Numbered from the stretch's first letter, positions 36,817 to 46,132 are shown. The stretch is DNA of 64,000 nucleotides from Pseudonocardia sp. (GCF_035305885.1 NZ_DATGOP010000102.1:18847-82846); one strand, 5' to 3'. The notes: generated by a model not told the origin, from the letters alone. Translations and numbers: made by a program.

Positions 36817-37130
36817 TCGCGGGTGACCGTCGCGACCCGCACGCGGTAGTCGCGGTACCACGTCTCCCGCCCCCGCTTCTGCGCCACGAGGTGCGCGGCG
36901 TGCTGCTTCCACGCCCGGGCCGACTCCTCGTCGCGCCAGTAGGAGACCGTGATGCCGATGCCGTCGCGGGCGGACTCGAACCCGAGGTAGCCGGGCTGCT
37001 GCGCGGCGAGCCGCCCCATCTCCTCGGCCGTCGCGCCGTAGCCGTCGTCGCCGTCCGCGCGGATCGACGTGAAGATCACGGCCACGTAGGGGGGCTCCGG
37101 GGTGTCGGCGATGGCGGGCGCGTCGGTCAT
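36786..37130 (-). CDS. antibiotic biosynthesis monooxygenase (ABM) domain protein
   Basis: 114 aa, MTDAPAIADTPEPPYVAVIFTS...GYLGFESARDGIGITVSYWRDEESARAWKQHAAHLVAQ: ferredoxin-like ABM pattern. Confidence 0.75.
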   Translation of the reverse strand: MTDAPAIADTPEPPYVAVIFTSIRADGDDGYGATAEEMGRLAAQQPGYLGFESARDGIGITVSYWRDEESARAWKQHAAHLVAQKRGRETWYRDYRVRVATVTRDYDKRSSELR

Positions 37131-37295
37131 GGCCCCACTGTGATCGTCGGCCAGGCCCGGACGCCAGCGAGTTCCGACGTCACCCGCAACGGCCGTCCCG
37201 GTCGCCGAGGTGCGCCCCGTGCCGCGACACCGACGAGCACGTCGGCGAGCACGTCGGCGAGGACCGACCCGACGCCGACGACCTGCCGGACCACC

Positions 37296-37695
37296 GTGGC
37301 TGACCGACCGGCACCGGGCGTGCTCGACGCCTGCACCTGCATCGACCTCGACACGCTGGACCCGGGTGTCCTCCCGGCCGTCCCCGAACCCACCGCCATC
37401 ACCGTGGCGGAGCTCCACCAGGGCGTCGCGACGGCCGCGGACGTCGCGACGAGAGCTGCTCGAACAGAGCTGCCCGGCATGCCGTCGCGGAGTTCGATCC
37501 CGCTGCCGCTCGATCGTGGCGCGGCGGCGCGATGCGGCCCTGGTGGCGATGACCGTGGCCGCCGACCGCAACCCGCGACCGCGCCGCCTCGACCTGGTGA
37601 TCGCGGCGATCGCGTCGTCGCGCGGGCTGGTCCTGTTCACGCGCAACGGGGACGACTCCGGTCACCTCGGCGACACGCTCGACGTCGTCGTCCGA
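37296..37695 (+). pseudogene. PIN-domain (VapC-like) toxin remnant
   Basis: From GTG 37296: VLDACTCIDLD...TAITVAELHQGV...PLPLDRGAAARCG in one frame, then ALVAMTVAADRNPRPRRLDLVIAAIASSRGLVLFTRNGDD in another (shift near 37540-37548). There is no in-frame stop before the next gene. Confidence 0.5.
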
Positions 37696-37701
37696 CCGGC
37701 C

Positions 37702-38550
37702 TCAGCAGCGGGGCAGGCGGTACCAGCGCCGCGCCGTCCCGGCCCGCACCTGCGCCAGGCCCGCCTCGTCGACCCCGGCGGCGACGACCGCCGCCTCCAG
37801 GTCGCGCAGGGCGGTGCCGTAGTCGGCACGCACGGTGACGACGGGCCAGTTGCTCGCCAACATCAGCCGGTCGGGCCCGAACGCGGCCACCGCGCGCGCG
37901 ACGGCCGCTGTGATCGCGACACGGTGCCACCGCGGCCACACCCCGAGCAGGTCGACCCCGATCGAGAGCTTGAGCGCCACGTTCGGGCAGCTCGCCAGCG
38001 CGGCGAGGCGGGCGGCCCACGGGTCGAGGTCACCGGTCTCCAGCGGCGGGCGCGCCATGTGATCGACGACGATCCGCAGCTCGGGCACCCGCCGCGCGAG
38101 CGCGACCACCGCCTCGACCTGCTCCTCGGTCACGGCGACGACGTCCCACGCGAGCTCGGCGGCGGCCAGCTCGGCCATGAGCCCCGGGTCGAGCCAGTCG
38201 AGCGGCTCGCGGGCGACGAGCATGCGCACGCCGCACCAGCGGGCGCGGTCGGCGCGGGCGAGCTCGGCGCGGGCCGCGGCCGGGTCGTCGAGCGGCAGCC
38301 AGCCGACGACGCCCGCGACCGGGCGGAACGCGGCCGCGTAGGCGGCGAGCCGGTCGTTCTCCGCCGCGGTGTCGACCGACTCGACGAGCACGGTCGACTC
38401 GACGCCCGCCTGCGCCATCAGCGGCGCGAGGTCGTCGGGCTCGAAGTCGGCCGCCAGCTCCGTGTGCGCCGGGTCGCGCCAGGGCTGCTCCTGCAGCGCC
38501 GTCCGCCAGAAGTGGTGGTGCGTGTCGATCAGCCCGACCTGCCCGCTCAC
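37702..38550 (-). CDS. amidohydrolase-2 family metal-dependent hydrolase
   Basis: GTG 38550 overlaps the upstream stop (GTGA). VGLIDTHHHFW is the N-terminal metal motif. IVVDHMARP. 282 aa. Confidence 0.85.
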   Translation of the reverse strand: MSGQVGLIDTHHHFWRTALQEQPWRDPAHTELAADFEPDDLAPLMAQAGVESTVLVESVDTAAENDRLAAYAAAFRPVAGVVGWLPLDDPAAARAELARADRARWCGVRMLVAREPLDWLDPGLMAELAAAELAWDVVAVTEEQVEAVVALARRVPELRIVVDHMARPPLETGDLDPWAARLAALASCPNVALKLSIGVDLLGVWPRWHRVAITAAVARAVAAFGPDRLMLASNWPVVTVRADYGTALRDLEAAVVAAGVDEAGLAQVRAGTARRWYRLPRC

Positions 38551-40460
38551 GAGCCGCTCCAGCGCGGCTTGCGCCGGGCGACGAACGCGGCGACGCCCTC
38601 GCGGAAGTCGGCGCTGCCGTAGCAGTCGGCGATCACGTCGTCGGCGTCGACGTCGACCGCGGACAGCCTGCGGTCGATCTCCTTGAGCCCGGCCAGGGTG
38701 CGCGGGGCGCCGGACGCGAGCCGCTGCGCGAGATCCGCCGCGGCGGCGTCGAGCTCCTCCGGCGGGACGACGGCGTGCACGAACCCGGCGGTCGCCGCCT
38801 CCGCCGCGTCGATGGTGCGGGCGGTGAGCAGCATGCCCATCGTGCGCGAGACGCCGAGACGGCGCTGCAGCCGGGCCACGACGGCGGGGGCGAGCACGTT
38901 GCCGAGCGTCCGCGCGATCGGTGCGCCGAACACGGCGCGGTCGCTGGCCACCAGCACGTCGCAGCACGCGGCGAGGGCGAGCCCGCCGCCGACCGCGGGC
39001 CCGTCCACCACGCCCAGCACGGGCACCGGCACGGCGAGGAGGTCGTCGAGCACCGCGCCGACCCTCCGCTCGTAGTCGAGCCCGTCGGCGGCGCTGGTGA
39101 ACTCGGTGAACTGCGCGATGTCCGTACCCGCCGCGAACGCCTCCCCCGCCCCGCGCAGCACCACCACCCGCAGGTCGGCGTCCGAGCGCGCCTCGACGCA
39201 CAGCCGCTGCAGCTCGTCGTACATCTCCCAGGTGAGCGCGTTGCGCCGGGCCGGGTTGGACAGCTCGACGTGCAGGACGGGCCCGTCGCGCCTGCTGCGG
39301 ACGGTCCCCCGCTCCGGCTCCGGCGCCTCGACGCGGGAGAGCACCTCGTCGTTGTGCTGGCCGAGCAGCGGCGGGGGCGTGCGGACCGTCGGCGGGGTGC
39401 CCGACATGTGCAGCGGCGAGGACAGCACGCGGATCCGCCCGTCGACCGGGTGCTCCACCGTCGAGACCATCCCCCGCGCCTTCACGTGCGGGTCCTCCTC
39501 GAGGACCTGCTGGTAGTCCTGGATCGGCCCGGCGGGCACGCCCGCGGCGAGCAGCCGCTCGACCCACGCGGCGGTGTCGTCGGCGGCGAGGCGGCGCTCC
39601 AGCTCGGCCTCCAGCTCGGCGCGGTGGGCCATCCGGTCGTCGTTGGTGGCGAAGCGCGGGTCGGCGGCGAGCTCCGGCGCGTCGAGGGCCTTGCACAGCC
39701 GCTGCCAGAGCCGCTCGTTGTTGGCCCCGACGGTGATGTAGCCGTCGCGGGTGGCGAGCGCCTGGTACGGCGCCGACATCCGGTGGGCGGAGCCCAGGGC
39801 TTGCGGGGCCCGCCCGGTGGCCCAGAACTCCGTCGACTCCCACACCGACAACGCCACCGCCGCCTCGAACAGCGAGGTCTCGACGTACTGGCCCTGCCCG
39901 GTGCGCTGCCGCGCCGCCCACGCGGCGAGGATCCCGACCGCGGTGAACAGGCCAGCCCCGAGGTCGGCGAGCGGGATGCCGGACTTCACCGGCCGGTCCC
40001 CCGGCTCCCCCGTCACGCTCATGACCCCGGACATCGCCTGCGCGATGAGGTCGTAACCGGGGCGGTCGGCGTAGGGACCGGTCTGGCCGAACCCGGACAC
40101 GCTCGCGTAGATCAGGCCGGGGTTGAGCGGGCGGAGCGCCTCGTAGTCGACCCCGAGCTTCGCGGCGACGCCCGGCCGCCAGTTCTCGACGACGACGTCG
40201 GCGGAGCGCGCCAGCTCGTGGAACGTCGCCCGCCCGGCGTCGGACTTGAGGTCGAGGGTGATGCTGCGCTTGTTGCGGTTGAGCGCGTGGAACGCGCCGG
40301 GGTGGGCCATCGCCGAGCGCGTCTGGTCGCCGGACTCGGGGTTCTCGACCTTGATCACGTCGGCCCCGAGGTCGGCGAGGATCATCGTGCAGAACGGGCC
40401 GGCCATCACCTGGGTGAGGTCGAGCACGGTCATGCCGGCGAGTGCACCCTCGTTCGCCAT
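38547..40460 (-). CDS. family III CoA-transferase (CaiB/BaiF) fused in frame to enoyl-CoA hydratase/isomerase
   Basis: ATG 40460 with RBS AAGGGAGA. N-terminus LAGMTVLDLTQVMAGPFCTMILADLGADVIKVE and PGYDLIAQAMSG (CoA-transferase III). C-terminus LSNPARRNALT...LRGAGEAFAAGTDI...DGPAVGGGLALAACCD (crotonase). There is no stop between the domains. Confidence 0.85.
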   Translation of the reverse strand: MANEGALAGMTVLDLTQVMAGPFCTMILADLGADVIKVENPESGDQTRSAMAHPGAFHALNRNKRSITLDLKSDAGRATFHELARSADVVVENWRPGVAAKLGVDYEALRPLNPGLIYASVSGFGQTGPYADRPGYDLIAQAMSGVMSVTGEPGDRPVKSGIPLADLGAGLFTAVGILAAWAARQRTGQGQYVETSLFEAAVALSVWESTEFWATGRAPQALGSAHRMSAPYQALATRDGYITVGANNERLWQRLCKALDAPELAADPRFATNDDRMAHRAELEAELERRLAADDTAAWVERLLAAGVPAGPIQDYQQVLEEDPHVKARGMVSTVEHPVDGRIRVLSSPLHMSGTPPTVRTPPPLLGQHNDEVLSRVEAPEPERGTVRSRRDGPVLHVELSNPARRNALTWEMYDELQRLCVEARSDADLRVVVLRGAGEAFAAGTDIAQFTEFTSAADGLDYERRVGAVLDDLLAVPVPVLGVVDGPAVGGGLALAACCDVLVASDRAVFGAPIARTLGNVLAPAVVARLQRRLGVSRTMGMLLTARTIDAAEAATAGFVHAVVPPEELDAAAADLAQRLASGAPRTLAGLKEIDRRLSAVDVDADDVIADCYGSADFREGVAAFVARRKPRWSGS

Positions 40461-40486
40461 GCGTCTCCCTTCGAACTGGTGACGGG

Positions 40487-41338
40487 TCACCGGCCTGGAT
40501 CCCGGGCGGCGGCCGCGTGCGCCTCCACCCGTGCCGCGAGCGTCTGCGCCAGCCACCCGGCGAGGGGCACCGGCACGTCCGCGGCGCGCGCGGCCTGCAC
40601 GACCTCGGAGAGGTCCTTGCTCCACGGCCGGGCGGACACCGGCGTGCCGCTCGCGTCGTAGGCCGCGGCCGTGCGGTCCCAGAAGTCGAGGTTGCGCACG
40701 TGCCACGAGTCGGCGAGGCCGGTCGAGAACACGGTGAGCAGGGCATCGGTGCGCACGCCGTGGGCCGACGCGAGGTCGATCGCCTCGTACAGCCCGGCGA
40801 GGTTGGCGAACATCGCGAGCTGGTGTGCGAGCTTCGTGGCCGCACCGGCCCCGACCGGCCCGACGTGGAACACCGGGTCGCCGACGGCGTCCAGCAGCGG
40901 GCGCAGCCGCTCCAGCGCGGCCGCGTCACCACCCGCCATCACGGTGAGCGTGCCCGCAGCCGCGCGCTCGGCTCCCCCGCTGACGGGCGCGTCGACCACG
41001 TCGACACCCCGACCCGCGGCGCGTTCGGCCAGGCGGATCGCGGTCTGCGGCAGCACCGTGCTGTGCACGACCGCGGCCCGCCCGGGGCGGTCGATCGCGA
41101 GGTAGGCGTCGAGAACCTGTTCGACGGCGGCGTCGTCGGGCACGGCGAGCACCAGCACGTCGCGGTCGGCGAGGGCGGCGGCGTCCGGCGCCGCGGCCGC
41201 ACCGAGCTCGACGAGGGGTCCGGCGCGTTCCGGCACGGTGTCGAACACGGCGAGGTCGAAACCCGCGCGCACGAGCGTGCCGGCCATCGGGCGGCCGAGG
41301 TTGCCCAGGCCAGCGAACCCGACCGAGCGTCCTGCCAT
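40487..41338 (-). CDS. NAD(P)-dependent oxidoreductase, 3-hydroxyisobutyrate/6-phosphogluconate dehydrogenase family
   Basis: ATG 41338. SVGFAGLGNLGRPMAGTLVRAG (Rossmann), DAPVSGG and GAGAATKLAHQL. Confidence 0.85.
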   Translation of the reverse strand: MAGRSVGFAGLGNLGRPMAGTLVRAGFDLAVFDTVPERAGPLVELGAAAAPDAAALADRDVLVLAVPDDAAVEQVLDAYLAIDRPGRAAVVHSTVLPQTAIRLAERAAGRGVDVVDAPVSGGAERAAAGTLTVMAGGDAAALERLRPLLDAVGDPVFHVGPVGAGAATKLAHQLAMFANLAGLYEAIDLASAHGVRTDALLTVFSTGLADSWHVRNLDFWDRTAAAYDASGTPVSARPWSKDLSEVVQAARAADVPVPLAGWLAQTLAARVEAHAAAARDPGR

Positions 41339-41396
41339 CAGGCGCCTGCCTGCGCGATCGTCATCGAGCGCCTTTCGCGTCGCGGGGCATCGACTA

Positions 41397-41406
41397 TTGT
41401 CTACAA
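41397..41406. promoter_or_regulatory. GntR/FadR-type operator candidate
   Basis: TTGTCTACAA (t.GT-N-AC.a type inverted repeat) lies in the divergent 164-nt region between the dehydrogenase operon and the GntR gene. Confidence 0.35.
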
Positions 41407-41502
41407 CGGCCCTCGGCACGGGCGCAAGCACCGGCCCCCCGCCGCCCCCCGCCCGGGCGTGCGGGATGCTGGGCCCCGAAGGGAAAGCAACGGGAGGGCG
41501 GC

Positions 41503-42189
41503 ATGACCGGCGTCGGCGAGCGGATCGACCCGCCCAGCCTGGTCGCGCTGGCCGCCGAGTCGATCCGCAAGATGATCCTCTCCGGGGCGCTCGCGCCCGG
41601 GGAGCGGCTGATCGAGGAGCGGCTCACCGAGCAGCTCGGCATCAGCCGCCCGCCGCTGCGGGAGGCGCTGCGGCTGCTGCAGAACGACGGTCTGGTCGTC
41701 ACGCGCCCGCGCTACGGCTCCACCGTCGCCACCCTGACCGACCAGGACGTCTTCGAGATCCTCACCCTGCGCAGCGGCCTGGAGCGGATGGCCGTCGAGC
41801 TGGGCGTCCCGGTCACCGACCGCTCCCGCCTGGCCGCCTGCCACGAGGCGCTGGAGCGGATGGAGCGCAACGCCCGCGACCACGACCGCGGCGCGCTCGT
41901 CGAGAGCGCCTACGCGTTCCACGCCTCGATCGTCGCGCTCGCCGGGCACCGCAGGCTCTCGGACATCTACCGCTCGGTGCAGCAACAGATGATGCTGTGC
42001 ATGTCCCGCAACCTGGACGTGCGGGAGCGCTACTACGAGACCCTCGACGAGAACGTCGCCCGCCACCGCCACCTGCTCGAGCTGATCGAGGCCGGCGACC
42101 CGCAGGCCGTGCTCGCCGAGCTGGCCGTGCACGGGGAGCGCACGTTCGCCGAGCACGGCGCCCCCGAGACCGCCGACCGCGCGCCATGA
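41503..42189 (+). CDS. GntR family (FadR/FCD subfamily) transcriptional regulator
   Basis: 228 aa with GERLIEERLTEQLGISRPPLREALRLLQNDGLV (GntR wHTH) and a helical FCD-like C-terminus. RBS GGGAGGG. Confidence 0.85.
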   Translation: MTGVGERIDPPSLVALAAESIRKMILSGALAPGERLIEERLTEQLGISRPPLREALRLLQNDGLVVTRPRYGSTVATLTDQDVFEILTLRSGLERMAVELGVPVTDRSRLAACHEALERMERNARDHDRGALVESAYAFHASIVALAGHRRLSDIYRSVQQQMMLCMSRNLDVRERYYETLDENVARHRHLLELIEAGDPQAVLAELAVHGERTFAEHGAPETADRAP

Positions 42190-42237
42190 CCTGCCGGGTC
42201 ATGGCGACCGCGCCCGCGCGCCGGTAGAACTCGGACG

Positions 42238-43027
42238 GTGGAGGTCGGCGAGCTGCTGCGGGAATGGCGCCGCCGGCGCAGGCTGAGCCAGCTCGACCTC
42301 GCGATCCAGGCCGACGTCTCCTCGCGGCACATCAGCTTCGTCGAGACCGGCCGCACGGTCCCGAGCCGCCGCATGGTCCTGCACCTCGCCGAGCACCTGC
42401 AGGTCCCGCTGCGGGAGCGCAACCGGCTGCTCGTCGCGGCGGGCTACGCGCCGGTGTTTCGGGAACGCCCGCTCGACGCCCCCGACCTGCGGGCCGCGCG
42501 GCAGGCGCTGCGCCAGATCCTGCGCGCGCACCTGCCCAACCCGGCGGTGGTGGTCGACCGCCGCTGGAACCTGCTGCTCGCCAACGACGCGGCGCGCGTC
42601 CTGCTCGCGGGCGCGGCGCCCGCGCTGCTCGAACCACCGGTCAACATGATGCGGCTGGGCCTGCACCCGGACGGGTTCGCCCGCCGCCTGGTCAACGAGG
42701 CGCAGGTGCGCCGCTTCCTGCTGTCGCGGCTGGCCCGCCAGGCCCACCAGACCGGCGACCCGGAGCTGCTCGCCCTGCACGCCGAGCTCGCCGGCCACGG
42801 TGACGGTGACGACGAGCCGCCGGACCCGGCCGAGATCGCGATGCCGCTGCGGATCACCTACGACCGGGCCGAGCCGTCGTTCCTCAGCACGATCACCACG
42901 TTCGGCGCCGCGTTCGACATCACCCTCGACGACATCGTCGTCGAGGCTCTCTACCCCCACCGACGCCGCGACGGCGGCCGCGCTGCAGGAGTTCGGCACC
43001 CGCGAGGGGTGGAGCGCCGCCCCCTGA
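42238..43027 (+). pseudogene. XRE-family HTH regulator with MmyB-like domain, frame broken at a C5 run
   Basis: LREWRRRRRLSQLDLAIQADVSSRHISFVETGR (XRE HTH) and MmyB-like NPAVVVDRRWNLLLAN...TFGAAFDITLDDIVVEALYP. After CCCCC (42954-42958) the plausible C-terminus TDAATAAALQEFGTREGWSAAP* is in the neighbouring frame and ends at 43027. Confidence 0.7.
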
Positions 43028-43043
43028 GCGCGGCCGGCCGAGG

Positions 43044-43961
43044 TCAGGTCAGGGGAACCACGTCCGGGCCGGGGACGATCCGGCCCGTCAGCGCCCCGAG
43101 CTGCTCCACCTCGATCGTCACGACGTCACCGGGCTTCAGCCACGGGTAGGCCTCCGAGCCGTGCAGGCCCGACAGCTCCAGCAGGCAGCCGGTGCCGACC
43201 GTGCCGCTGCCGATCACGTCGCCCGGCAGCAGCCGGGTGCCGCGGGAGGCGTAGGCGAGCATCTGCCCGAACGACCAGTGGATGTCGGCCCAGCTGCCGC
43301 CGCCGGTGTCGCGGCCGTTGACCGCCGCCCGCATCGCGAGCCGGAAGCCCTTGCCCTCGCGGTACGGCTCCAGCTCGTCCGGGGTGACGAGCACCGGGCC
43401 GAGGCTGGTGGCGCCGTCCTTGCCCTTCGCCGGGCCCAGCCCGGCCGTCGACTCGCGCTGCTGCACGTCCCGCGCCGACCAGTCGCAGAAGATCGTGTAG
43501 CCGGCGATGTGCGACTCCGCCTGCGCGGGCGAGAGGTCGCTGCCCGCGCGCCCGACGACCGCGGCCACCTCCACCTCGTAGTCGAAGGCCGCGCACCCGG
43601 GCGAGATCGGGACCTCGGCGTCGGGGCCGAGGATCGCCGCCGGGTTGGAGAAGTAGAACACCGGCTGCTCGAACCACACCGGCGGCACCCGCTCCCGGCC
43701 CAGCGCGCGCAGCGCGTTGCGCAGGTGCTCCTCGAACGACAGGAAGTCGCGCACCGACGGCGGCCGCGGGATCGGCGCCGCGAGCTGCACGTCGGCGAGC
43801 TCGACCACCTCCACCGGGTCGGACAGCGCCCGCTCCCCCGCGGCCGAAAGCCCCGACTCGATCAGCTCCAGCAGCGTGCCGTCCAGCCCGTGCACGCGCC
43901 CGTCCTGCAGCAGCCCGGGGCGCTCGCCGCCGGCCGCCGTGCGATATGTGACCCAGCGCAT
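43044..43961 (-). CDS. fumarylacetoacetate hydrolase (FAH) family protein
   Basis: 305 aa with FDYEVEVAAVVGR, GYTIFCDWSARD and GDVIGSGTVG. ATGA overlap with the upstream MBL gene. Confidence 0.9.
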   Translation of the reverse strand: MRWVTYRTAAGGERPGLLQDGRVHGLDGTLLELIESGLSAAGERALSDPVEVVELADVQLAAPIPRPPSVRDFLSFEEHLRNALRALGRERVPPVWFEQPVFYFSNPAAILGPDAEVPISPGCAAFDYEVEVAAVVGRAGSDLSPAQAESHIAGYTIFCDWSARDVQQRESTAGLGPAKGKDGATSLGPVLVTPDELEPYREGKGFRLAMRAAVNGRDTGGGSWADIHWSFGQMLAYASRGTRLLPGDVIGSGTVGTGCLLELSGLHGSEAYPWLKPGDVVTIEVEQLGALTGRIVPGPDVVPLT

Positions 43962-44884
43962 CAGGCGTAGCACCCTATCGGTCCGCCGTGGAAGGCGATC
44001 ATGTCCGGCCACACCGAGTCGAGCGGGATGCGCGTGCCCAGCGGGTTGCCGTCCAGCTCGTTGTAGGCGCGGTGCAGGTTGCCGACGAGCCGCTCGCTCT
44101 CCTGCCACGAGGCGAACCGGTTGTCCTTCTCGGCGGTCGCGGCCTCGAGCGGCGTGTGCCCCGCGGCGTGGTGCTCGCGCGCGACGGCGTCGACGAACGC
44201 GGCGTACTCGGCCAGGTCGTCGAGCAGCGCGGGAATCTCCTCGCCCCGGCACACCGGCCCGTGGCCCGGCACGAGGACCTCCGGCTCCAGCGCGCGGATC
44301 CGGTCGAGGGCGGGCCGGTATCCCGCGACGCTGCCCTCGACGAGGAACGGCTGGCCGCCCGCGAACGCGAGGTCCCCGGAGAAGAGCACCCGCTCCTCCG
44401 GCAACCACACGATCACGTCGCTGCGGGTGTGGGCCGGCCCGACGTGGACCAGCTCCACCCGCCGCTCCCCGAGGTGCAGCGTCATGGCCTCGGTGAACGT
44501 GAGGTCCGGCGGGCGGATCTCGATCCGGCCGTAGTCGGGCCCGGTGAGCACCTGCGCGGCGACGAGCCCCGCGGCCAGCACGTCCTCGCGGCAGGTGACG
44601 TGGCCGATGACCGGCGTCTGCTCCGGGACGAGCCAGTTGCCGTAGGTGTGGTCACCGTGGTGGTGGGTGTTGACCAGCCCCCGCGGCTGCCCCGGGCAGA
44701 CCTCCGCGACCGCGGCGAACAGCGCCCGGTTGCGCGACTCGGTGGACGTGGTGTCGACGAGCAGGTGCCCGGTGTCCCCGGCCACCGCTCCGGTGTTGTT
44801 GATCATCCAGCTGCCGTCGGGCTGGACGTAGGCGAACACGCCCGGTGCGAGCTCGGCCAGCTCGGGCGGGGGCATCGTGGTCAT
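43961..44884 (-). CDS. MBL-fold metallo-hydrolase
   Basis: 307 aa with the VNTHHHGDHTYGN motif. ATGA overlap with the MFS gene. Confidence 0.85.
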   Translation of the reverse strand: MTTMPPPELAELAPGVFAYVQPDGSWMINNTGAVAGDTGHLLVDTTSTESRNRALFAAVAEVCPGQPRGLVNTHHHGDHTYGNWLVPEQTPVIGHVTCREDVLAAGLVAAQVLTGPDYGRIEIRPPDLTFTEAMTLHLGERRVELVHVGPAHTRSDVIVWLPEERVLFSGDLAFAGGQPFLVEGSVAGYRPALDRIRALEPEVLVPGHGPVCRGEEIPALLDDLAEYAAFVDAVAREHHAAGHTPLEAATAEKDNRFASWQESERLVGNLHRAYNELDGNPLGTRIPLDSVWPDMIAFHGGPIGCYA

Positions 44885-46077
44885 GCGGTCCTCTCGGGTA
44901 CGGCGGTGGGGACGTCGGTGCGGGGCAGCAGGAACGTCAGCAGGCCGGCCGCGGCGAAGAACGCCGCGCAGACCAGCAGGCCACCGGACAGGCCGATGAC
45001 CCCGGCCACGGCGGCGAGCCCGAACGGCGCGAACGCCGACACCCCGCGGCCGACGTTGAAGCAGAACCCGGCCCCGGTGGTGCGGATCCGGGTGGGGAAC
45101 AGCTCTCCGATGTAGGAGCCGAACAGGCCGGTGAACGCCGCGAAGAACGCGAACAGCGGGCCGAACCACAGCAGCGCGGTCTGGTTGGTGGTCAGCGCGT
45201 AGAGCGGGAGGGTCACCGCCACGCCCAGCAGCGAGACGATGATCGCCGAGCGGCGCCCGATCCGGTCCGCGATGAGGCCGAACGCGTTGTAGCCGACGAA
45301 CATGCCGAGGTTCAGCACGGTCATGAAGACTGCCACCGTCGCGGTCGGGATGCCGCGGTCCTGCGCGAGGTAGGTCGGCAGCCAGGTCGAACCGCCCCAC
45401 CACCCGGTGAGGGCGAGCCCGGCCACGAGGGTGGCGACGATCGTCCGGCGCCGCACGTCCTTCGCGAAGATCTCGGTGACCGACACCCGGCCGCCCGCGT
45501 CGGCGGCCTTCACCTCGCTCCACGCCGACGACTCCGGGAACAGCGGGATCACCACCAGCAGCGGCAGGACCACCCCGGCGCCCGCGACGAAGAACATCAG
45601 CCGCCAGTCGGGCAGGAACACGCCGGAGAGCACGGCCGCCACCACGCCGCCGATCGGGAAGCTGCTCAGCACGAACGCCGCGGCCCGGCCGCGGGACTCG
45701 CTGGGCCACGTCTCGACGACGTACGCCGACACCACGCCCCACACCCCGCCGAGCCCGAATCCGGCGACGAACCGCAGCAGCAGGAACAGCTCGAAGTTCG
45801 GCACCACCGCGAGCGCCGCGGTGAACACCCCGAACGTCGTGAGCGAGGCGACCAGCGCGGTCTTGCGGCCGAAGTTGTCGGAGACGTAGCCCGCGAGCAC
45901 GCTGGACAGGCCGATGCCGAGCAGCGTCGCGGTGGCGAGCAGGCCGCCCTGGGCCGGGCTGAGCTGCAGGTCCTCGCGGATCGCCGGGAGCGCCAGGGAC
46001 AGCAGGATGATCTCCATCGCGTCGAACATGTAGGCGAGGAAGCTGCCGCCCAGGACCACCCACCGCATGCGCCGCAT
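44881..46077 (-). CDS. MFS transporter
   Basis: I prefer ATG 46077 (MRRMRWVVLGGSFLAYMFDAMEI...). GYVSDNFGRKT is the MFS loop motif. 12-TM-like. Confidence 0.85.
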   Translation of the reverse strand: MRRMRWVVLGGSFLAYMFDAMEIILLSLALPAIREDLQLSPAQGGLLATATLLGIGLSSVLAGYVSDNFGRKTALVASLTTFGVFTAALAVVPNFELFLLLRFVAGFGLGGVWGVVSAYVVETWPSESRGRAAAFVLSSFPIGGVVAAVLSGVFLPDWRLMFFVAGAGVVLPLLVVIPLFPESSAWSEVKAADAGGRVSVTEIFAKDVRRRTIVATLVAGLALTGWWGGSTWLPTYLAQDRGIPTATVAVFMTVLNLGMFVGYNAFGLIADRIGRRSAIIVSLLGVAVTLPLYALTTNQTALLWFGPLFAFFAAFTGLFGSYIGELFPTRIRTTGAGFCFNVGRGVSAFAPFGLAAVAGVIGLSGGLLVCAAFFAAAGLLTFLLPRTDVPTAVPERTA

Positions 46078-46104
46078 CGCGTCTCCCCTTCGAGCCGGTG
46101 CCTC

Positions 46105-46132
46105 CCGACTGTACGGACGTCCAGTCAGTCGG
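46105..46132. promoter_or_regulatory. imperfect 28-nt palindrome (TetR operator candidate)
   Basis: CCGACTG-TAC-GGACGTCC-AGT-CAGTCGG. A related CCGACTGGACG recurs at 46141-46151. It lies between the divergent MFS and TetR starts. Confidence 0.4.

Noticed and set aside
37131-37303. VapB antitoxin upstream of the PIN remnant (a frame ending ...EHVGEHVGEDRPDADDLPDHRG* whose TGA overlaps the PIN GTG region)
   Set aside because: The frame has no start codon or antitoxin-like N-terminal DNA-binding motif. Upstream it reads as Arg/Pro-rich noise. Only the stop/start geometry is suggestive.
37702-40932. Single 1076-aa ORF and 719-aa ORF (38547..40706) as annotated lengths
   Set aside because: The N-terminal extensions are R/P/G-rich. 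Good starts with an RBS or coupling overlaps exist at 38550 (GTG) and 40460 (ATG, AAGGGAGA). Family-typical N-termini (IDTHHHFW; LAGMTVLDLTQ) begin right after them.
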